DNA of 64,000 nucleotides from Thermodesulfovibrionales bacterium (GTDB taxonomy: Bacteria > Nitrospirota > Thermodesulfovibrionia > Thermodesulfovibrionales > UBA6898). Of the stretch, positions 57,968-64,000 are shown in pieces. The translations under genes were made by a program, and so were the position numbers. The notes under the pieces are model-generated. The model did not search any database. It was given only the letters and a program-made list of their open reading frames with translations, and had not been told where the DNA came from. The stretch spans positions 128,001 to 192,000 of the forward strand of contig JBIOIY010000002.1 of assembly GCA_044450345.1 (NCBI GenBank). Direction: 5' to 3'. The stretch's first letter is position 1. Each line of letters begins with the position of its first letter.

Positions 57968-60900
57968 CTATATCTTCTCGACATTGACCATAAAGGCCTT
58001 TGTCTCGGGTATCATAGTGTTTGCATCGCCTATCGTCGGGGTCAGCAGGTTGGAGCTGTCCCCTCCGCTTCCGTCCGCCGGATGCTGCCAGCCAAAGCAC
58101 CATGGAAGTCCCACCTGGTGCACTGTGCTGCCGGCGACTTTAAAAGGCTTAAACCTTTTCGTCACCACAGCTATCGCCCATACTTCGCCGCGCGCGGATG
58201 AGACCTTCACCTTCTGCCCGTTCTTTATCCCCTTTTCCTTTGCCAGTTCCTCGCTCATCTCCACGAACTGCTGGGGCATCATCTCTAAAAGCCAGGGCAC
58301 ATGCCTCGTCATTACGCCCGTCTGCCAGTGTTCGGTCACGCGATAGGTCGTACCCACGAACGGAAAACGGACATCGCAGGAGGCAAATACGTCTTCGACT
58401 ACGCCTTTTTTCCCCTGTTCGTAGAAGATCTTGACCGTAGGGTTGATCCTCTGCTTTGACATGGGATTTTCCTGGAGAGGGCATTCGAGCGCCTCATAAT
58501 GTTCAGGAAATGGGCCCTCTGCAAGGCCCGGACCGAAGATACCCCCCACCCCTGTGGACATCATGATAAACGGATATTTCCCTTTTTCATCAGCCATCGG
58601 GGGCGCAGGGCCGTCAGGGACGTCTCCATCCCATCCCGGAGCAGGCTCTTTTGTCTTCGGGTCAACCTTATTGGGATTCCATTTGATAACAGCTCTCTTG
58701 GGATCCCACGGATTGCCTTTCAGATCTACCGAAGCGCGGTTGTAAAGTATCCTTCTGTTCACCGGCCAGCACCATGCCCATTCCGGATAAAGACCGAGTC
58801 CCGTAGGATCGGTCTTTTTCCTCCTGGCCATCATGTTTATTACCTTGCCCTCCTTCTGCGTATAGCTCTGGGAGAATATCCAGTTGCCGCATGACGTGGT
58901 ACCGTCATCCTGAAGGTGGACGAAGCTGGCGCAGAGCTCGCCCTTCTTGCCGAGCTGCTTAGGAGGAGTGGCTTTTTTATCAAAGACGTCCTCAAGGTAG
59001 TAACCATTGATCTCCTTGGCGACGTTATGGATGTTCACCTCCTTGACCTTTCCGTCGGGCCCCTGTTCTCCATAGTCCCAGGTGGTGTTCATGATAGGTT
59101 CGACAAACTTCCCGCCTTTTTCCTTATACAGTTTTTTCACCCTGAAATAGAGCTCGTTCATAATCTCGGAATCGGGCTTTGATTCACCGATAGGTTTTAT
59201 CGCAACATATCTCCACTGTGCAAGCCTGCTGCTGTTGGTGAGACTGCCCTCTTTCTCTACCGAGGAGCATGCCGGAAGCATAAACACTTCCGTCTGGATC
59301 TCCGTTGGTTTCATGCCCGGGCCTTTCCAGAAGGAGCCCGTCTCGTTATCAAAAAGGTTTACATTGACCATCCATTTGAGTTTTGACAGTGCCTTCCTCA
59401 CCTTCCCGGCATTCGCGCTCGAGCAGGCCGGGTTTTGGCCCCAGGCAAAGAAGCCCTCAAATTTTTCCTTGAACATCTGGTCGAAAAGCATGAGCCATGA
59501 GGCGTTCATGCCTTCATCGAGTTTGGGAAGCCATGAGTATCCGAAGTCGTTTTCAGGTGTAGCATTTTTCCCGTATATTGCCTTCAGATAACTCGTAATA
59601 TACTTCGAACGGTTGCCCCACCAGTTGACGCTCTTTGGGTCCTTTGTTTTCGGCGTAAATTTCTCTATATAGGCCTTGAGGTCCGTAATCGAGGCAGACG
59701 GCACCGCGAGATAACCCGGCAGGCTGTTGAACAGGAGCCCGTTGTCCGTGGACCCCTGCACATTGCTTTCACCCCTTAGCGCGTTGATGCCTCCGCCTGC
59801 GATACCCATGTTCCCCAGAAGTAACTGTATTATCGACATGGCCCTGATGTTTTGTGTACCTATAGTATGCTGTGTCCAGCCCATCGCATAAAGCTCCGTG
59901 CCCGATCTATCGGGCTTTCCCGTTGAACCGAAGGTCTTATATACCTCGATAAGTTTTTCTACCGGTGTCCCTGTTATGGATGAAACCTTTTCGGGGGTGT
60001 AGCGGGCGTATTGTTTCCTGAGTAGCTGAAATACGCAGTTGGGGCTCTTAAGAGTCATGTCTTTCTTCGGTATTTCCTTTTCGTCCATCTGGTACGACCA
60101 TGTCTTTTTGTCGTACTTCCTAGTCTTCGGGTCATACCCTGAAAAGAGGCCGTCAAGCTGCGACGGACCCTTGAACTCCGGATTGATAAGATAGGACGCA
60201 TTTGTATAATTCGCAACATATTCCTTGAAATAGAGGCCCTCATCGATAATGTACTTGATCATTCCGCCTAGGAATGCGATGTCGGTACCTGAGCGCATCG
60301 GGGCATATATATCGGCCTTTGTGGCCGTGTGCGTAAAGCGGGGATCGACGACGATGAGCTTTGCACCTTTGTCCTTTGCCCTCATGACCCACTTCATCGA
60401 TATCGGATGGTTTTCAGCGGGGTTCGCCCCCATCACCAGGATAACATCGGCGTTCTTGATATCAATCCAGTTGTTTGTCATCGCACCGCGACCGAACGAC
60501 TCTGCCAGAGCCGCAACAGTTGCGGAGTGTCATATTCGGGCCTGGTGTTCGATATAGACAAGTCCCCAGGAACGCATGAGTTTCTGAAGCATATAGCATT
60601 CTTCGTTATCAAGTGCAGCACTCCCAACATGGGCGATAGCGTCCGTCCTGTTCACGGCGAATTCCTTTTCGACGTCGACTTCATTGCCGTCGGGCTGCTT
60701 CTCCTTGACCTTCGACTTCGACATGGTTTTGAATGTCTTGTCACGTGTTTCTTTTACCCTCTTTGAGATCTCGTCAAGCGCCCAATCCCATTCCACATCT
60801 TTCCATTCGGCTGCGCCGGGGGCGCGATATTTCGGTTTGGTTAACCGGAGAGGGTTGTTTATAATCTGATATAAAGATGCGCCTTTGGGACATAGGGTCC

Positions 60901-61141
60901 CCTCGTTGGTCGGATGCTCGGGATCTCCCTCGGTGTTGATGACCTTCCCGTCTTTTGTGTAGACCGATATCCCGCAGCCTACCGAGCAGTAAGGGCATAT
61001 GGTCTTCGTCTCCGTTGCTCCCTTGATCTTCAGTTCCATTTCTGCAGCAGCTGCCTCTTGAGGAGCGAGGCCGGAAGCAAGTGTACTGGCAACAGCTGTG
61101 CCGCCTGAAAGCTTTAAAAAATCCCTTCTTGATAAACTCAT
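57968..61141 (-). CDS. fdnG: Tat-exported Mo/W formate dehydrogenase alpha subunit, selenocysteine-containing (1057 aa)
   Basis: SRRDFLK Tat motif, CPYCSVGC, HQARI-TGA-HSATV (TGA 60530-60532) joins two track ORFs in frame; GRGAMTN, LRGESNVQG. Confidence 0.95.
60495..60529 (-). promoter_or_regulatory. candidate bacterial SECIS element of fdnG
   Basis: CGGCTCT-GGC-AGAGTCG hairpin with a G-starting loop about 23 nt after the UGA. Confidence 0.55.
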
Positions 61142-61516
61142 AACTCCACCTCCGGAAGATTATAATGATTAATTAATAAGGTGATTATTTGACGTATTCT
61201 TGAAACAAAGACTAAAAGACACTGGTTTTTAAATGATTCAGTCACCAGACCAGCCGGCAGAAAACTATTAGTTATTATTATCAATTCATTAGCTTTCTCA
61301 TGACATATTCTCTCAATTTATATAACTTGTCAATACAAAAATCACAGGAGCGGGAAGGTCTGTTTAAGTGCGACAAGAAGATCCCTTGCTTAACTCAAAA
61401 GGACATAAGCGGGAAAAAAGGAAGCACCCAAATACTTAAGTCAACACTTAATATAATCTCATCAACATCTTGTTATTTCGTCTTTTTTTTATTATTACTT
61501 TTCCCATGTCCCTTAG

Positions 61517-61683
61517 GGTAGTGGGTCAGTTTACAAAAATAAAGTTATAGGATTGTCATTCCCCGACTTGATCTGGGAATCCAGTATTCTTCTCTGGATA
61601 CTCTCTCCTCGGCGAGTCGCTTGGGGCGACCGGTCAAGCCGAAGCATGACGGCATTTAGAAATATCGCAATTGACACACTACC
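61517..61683. mobile_element. MITE-like element containing REP-like palindromes
   Basis: TIRs GGTAGTGGGTCAGTT / AATTGACACACTACC; internal GTCATTCCCCGACTTGATCTGGGAATCCAG...GCATGAC. Confidence 0.65.
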
Positions 61684-61858
61684 AGGGATTTGAGGGATTC
61701 CGAGGCATCTGGTTAGATCCTGGCTTTCGGGAAGGAGAAATCCAGGGAGTGACGATGAAAAAAAAAGTTCCACCGTTCTTTTTCTTGGGTGAACTTTTTT
61801 TTCGAGACCGTCCGGAGAGCAGAAATATTTTTTTACTTTCTGATAGAATATCGAGGGC

Positions 61859-61934
61859 GCCGAGATAGCTCAGTTGGTAGAGCAGCTGATTCGTAATCAG
61901 CAGGTCGACGGTTCGAATCCGTTTCTCGGCTCCA
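61859..61934 (+). tRNA. tRNA-Thr (CGT)
   Basis: GCCGAGA acceptor, CTGAT-TCGTAA-TCAG anticodon arm, GGTTCGAATCC, 3' CCA; TGaTAGAAT extended -10 upstream. Confidence 0.96.
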
Positions 61935-61947
61935 ACTTATCGAATAT

Positions 61948-61985
61948 AAACAGGGAGTTAAGAGTTGATCTTAACTCCCTGTTTT
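61948..61985 (+). terminator. hairpin/terminator after tRNA-Thr
   Basis: AAACAGGGAGTTAAGA/TCTTAACTCCCTGTTT. Confidence 0.8.
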
Positions 61986-61998
61986 GCGTTAAGGCTGG

Positions 61999-62026
61999 AA
62001 AAAGTGTCTACAAAAAAGTGTCTACA
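61999..62026. repeat. perfect tandem 14-bp repeat (AAAAAGTGTCTACA x2)
   Basis: Directly visible; about 65 bp from the tRNA 3' end. Confidence 0.8.
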
Positions 62027-62736
62027 TTTTGTCATGGAGCCGCTGATCAAATATCAGTAGGTCGTCGGTCTAGGACAAATGTAATGGATTTTCCTATCAT
62101 TTTCGTTATTTAAAGTTCAGACTCACGATGAAGACGCTGATTTAAGGTCAGTAGCCCGTAGATTCGAATTCATTTTTAGACAAAAAATATTTAGGTGTAT
62201 CGAGCTTAATAGTCTTGCAGCATTCGACTTCTGGCTCGTCGAGTCCACCAACACGCAAAAACAGTCTACCAAAGGAGATCACTCCTTCCCAATAGAAATA
62301 GGCTTTCTTCGGAAAGGGAATAGCGAAGTAGTACATCCAATACTTGTGACATGCTGGCTCCGCTACACTTGACACGCGATTTCTCTCTGTTAGACTTAAA
62401 TCATATACATTTCCCAACCTTCTTTCGCAAGGATATACAACGCGCCTATGTCGGTCCCTGTGAGAAGGGGATTTCGGGAATATTGTTCGGAAAAAATGCA
62501 CATAATGAAGGAGGTGGTGGTACCGAAAGGTGACAAAGATACACCCAAACTAAGAAAATATGTCAATACGTTGGAGCTGCCGAAGAATTCATGTTTGGGA
62601 AGCTCGGCTTCATCTTTTTCAATGGCAGAAGGTACGCGTGAAGCTGATCTTCGAAGATCCAGAACCATAGTATTTAATGAAGGAATTACCTCGGCGGCAC
62701 AAAAAAGAAGAATGTTATGGAAGAAGGGGGTAGACC

Positions 62737-64000
62737 ATGTTTTTAAGAAACGTTAAGATAATTTTTGGGGTGTTTTTAGTATTGTTAGTAGTGCATTCAG
62801 TGGCATATGCTGGTCCTGGTACTCAGATTACTCTTGGTGGAGACATAAGATATCGGGGTTATGATGCAAGCTCTAACCATTCGGACCTACCTGCCCCATC
62901 GATAAATATCCCTTTTGACTTCTACGACGCGAGAATCCGTCTCTCCCTTAATGCGAACGTAACGCCTGACACGTCAGGCTCTGTCAAGGTCAAGATAGAT
63001 AATAAACTTATGCCTTCTACAGCTACTCTTGATGGGAACAACGGGATGGTCCTTGATTTCATTAATCTCCTTCCTGCAGACTCTCATGTCATTAAAATCG
63101 ACGGTATTAACTTCGACCCATCATCGCTGCCCTCAAATTCCCCGGTAACAGGCGGCCTTGCCATTTCAGGTACCAACATCCCCTCAACAACCTTTGATTT
63201 ATGGTACGGGATTACCGGGTCGTTAGGCTGTAAGGGTTCGGCGGTTCTTTCACGGGATTTAATGCAAGCTATAATCCCGCACACGTACTATAACGGCAAA
63301 TCGTACGATCTGCGGTTATCCATCGATTCAAATCACAACTTTCAAGTCATTTCTCATCTGAATTCATATGCCAAAGCTGGCCTGACTACCTCCAATTTTG
63401 CCTACCACGCCGCCGATGGCGACTATTTTACCGCTGCGAACGCGTCATACTTAGGCAAATCCTATTATTTCGAGGCTAAGTATAACCCACTGAAGGTTGG
63501 ATTCGGTTTCGATACATACAAGTTTGGTTCAGGAAACCCTGCCTCCGTCTCAAATGCCTCCAATTTTGCAGGCGCAACATCTGTAGCAGGACATATTCTT
63601 GATCAAGCGAAAAACTACCATCTCGCGATGTTAGATCTTTCGCTACGTTATACCTCCGATCAGACTTTTTCCTGCGGACAAGGGGGCATCTGGAAAATCG
63701 CTTATAATAGCCCATACAGCATACAATTTACGTTTGATGGCTGCAACGGACTATTTCAGAACACGACGGTTTACGGACAGTTCTGGCTTGGAACATCCGG
63801 GGCCTGGTATACCGACCATTTCCGCGCTCGGAGTAGTTACTCAACAGGCTCTTACGACATCACCTACAATAACTTGTGGACTGTTGGGACACAATCGGAC
63901 AACTTCTATACGGGAACTATGAGCGGCATGACAACGGGAGTCATTGTGAATGGACCTAATAGTTTATCGGCAAATTTCAAATTCGCTAATGTCAATTTCA
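62737..64000 (+). CDS. secreted beta-rich protein, more than 420 aa, 3'-truncated by window edge
   Basis: Manual translation with no stop to the window end; AAGGGGG RBS; signal peptide MFLRNVKIIFGVFLVLLVVHSVAYA; S/T/G/N/Y-rich. Confidence 0.8.
   Translation, partial: MFLRNVKIIFGVFLVLLVVHSVAYAGPGTQITLGGDIRYRGYDASSNHSDLPAPSINIPFDFYDARIRLSLNANVTPDTSGSVKVKIDNKLMPSTATLDGNNGMVLDFINLLPADSHVIKIDGINFDPSSLPSNSPVTGGLAISGTNIPSTTFDLWYGITGSLGCKGSAVLSRDLMQAIIPHTYYNGKSYDLRLSIDSNHNFQVISHLNSYAKAGLTTSNFAYHAADGDYFTAANASYLGKSYYFEAKYNPLKVGFGFDTYKFGSGNPASVSNASNFAGATSVAGHILDQAKNYHLAMLDLSLRYTSDQTFSCGQGGIWKIAYNSPYSIQFTFDGCNGLFQNTTVYGQFWLGTSGAWYTDHFRARSSYSTGSYDITYNNLWTVGTQSDNFYTGTMSGMTTGVIVNGPNSLSANFKFANVNF

Noticed and set aside
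62148..62756. Three overlapping short ORFs after tRNA-Thr (possible integrase remnant)
   Set aside because: No recognisable motifs or convincing RBS; coding status cannot be supported

Overview
64 kb of chromosome from an anaerobic bacterium; gene content and order suggest Nitrospirota/Thermodesulfovibrionia (inference). Housekeeping blocks: argH, a NarX/NarL-type two-component pair, gmhA, an AT-rich ruvCAB block, queH/queA, phoH-HD-ybeY-dgkA, GATase-glnB-glnA behind a candidate sigma54 promoter, a NifA-like activator, degQ, recD2, udg-nadK-tsaE-CBS-scpA, and pth-rplY-prs-tRNA-Gln-ispE. Energy metabolism: nfnAB, a Wood-Ljungdahl carbonyl-branch operon (acsE-acsD-acsC-acsB-cooS), a B12 radical SAM gene, a class II RNR, and a selenocysteine formate dehydrogenase with HybA/HybB-type partners. 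Features the ORF track misses: (1) a second selenoprotein, a secreted DsbA-like protein with UxxC, coupled to an atypical diheme peroxidase/MauG-family gene directly behind the Fdh operon; (2) an integrase-less integron remnant (attI-like site, decayed DUF1003 cassette, degenerate attC, HepT fragment); (3) a probable ACG start codon for phoH; (4) MITE/REP elements, one read in frame into the peroxidase gene; (5) small ORFs of 43, 53 and 97 aa; (6) several apparently leaderless genes; (7) a probable island boundary at tRNA-Thr, followed by a secreted, possibly chimeric ORF running off the window end.
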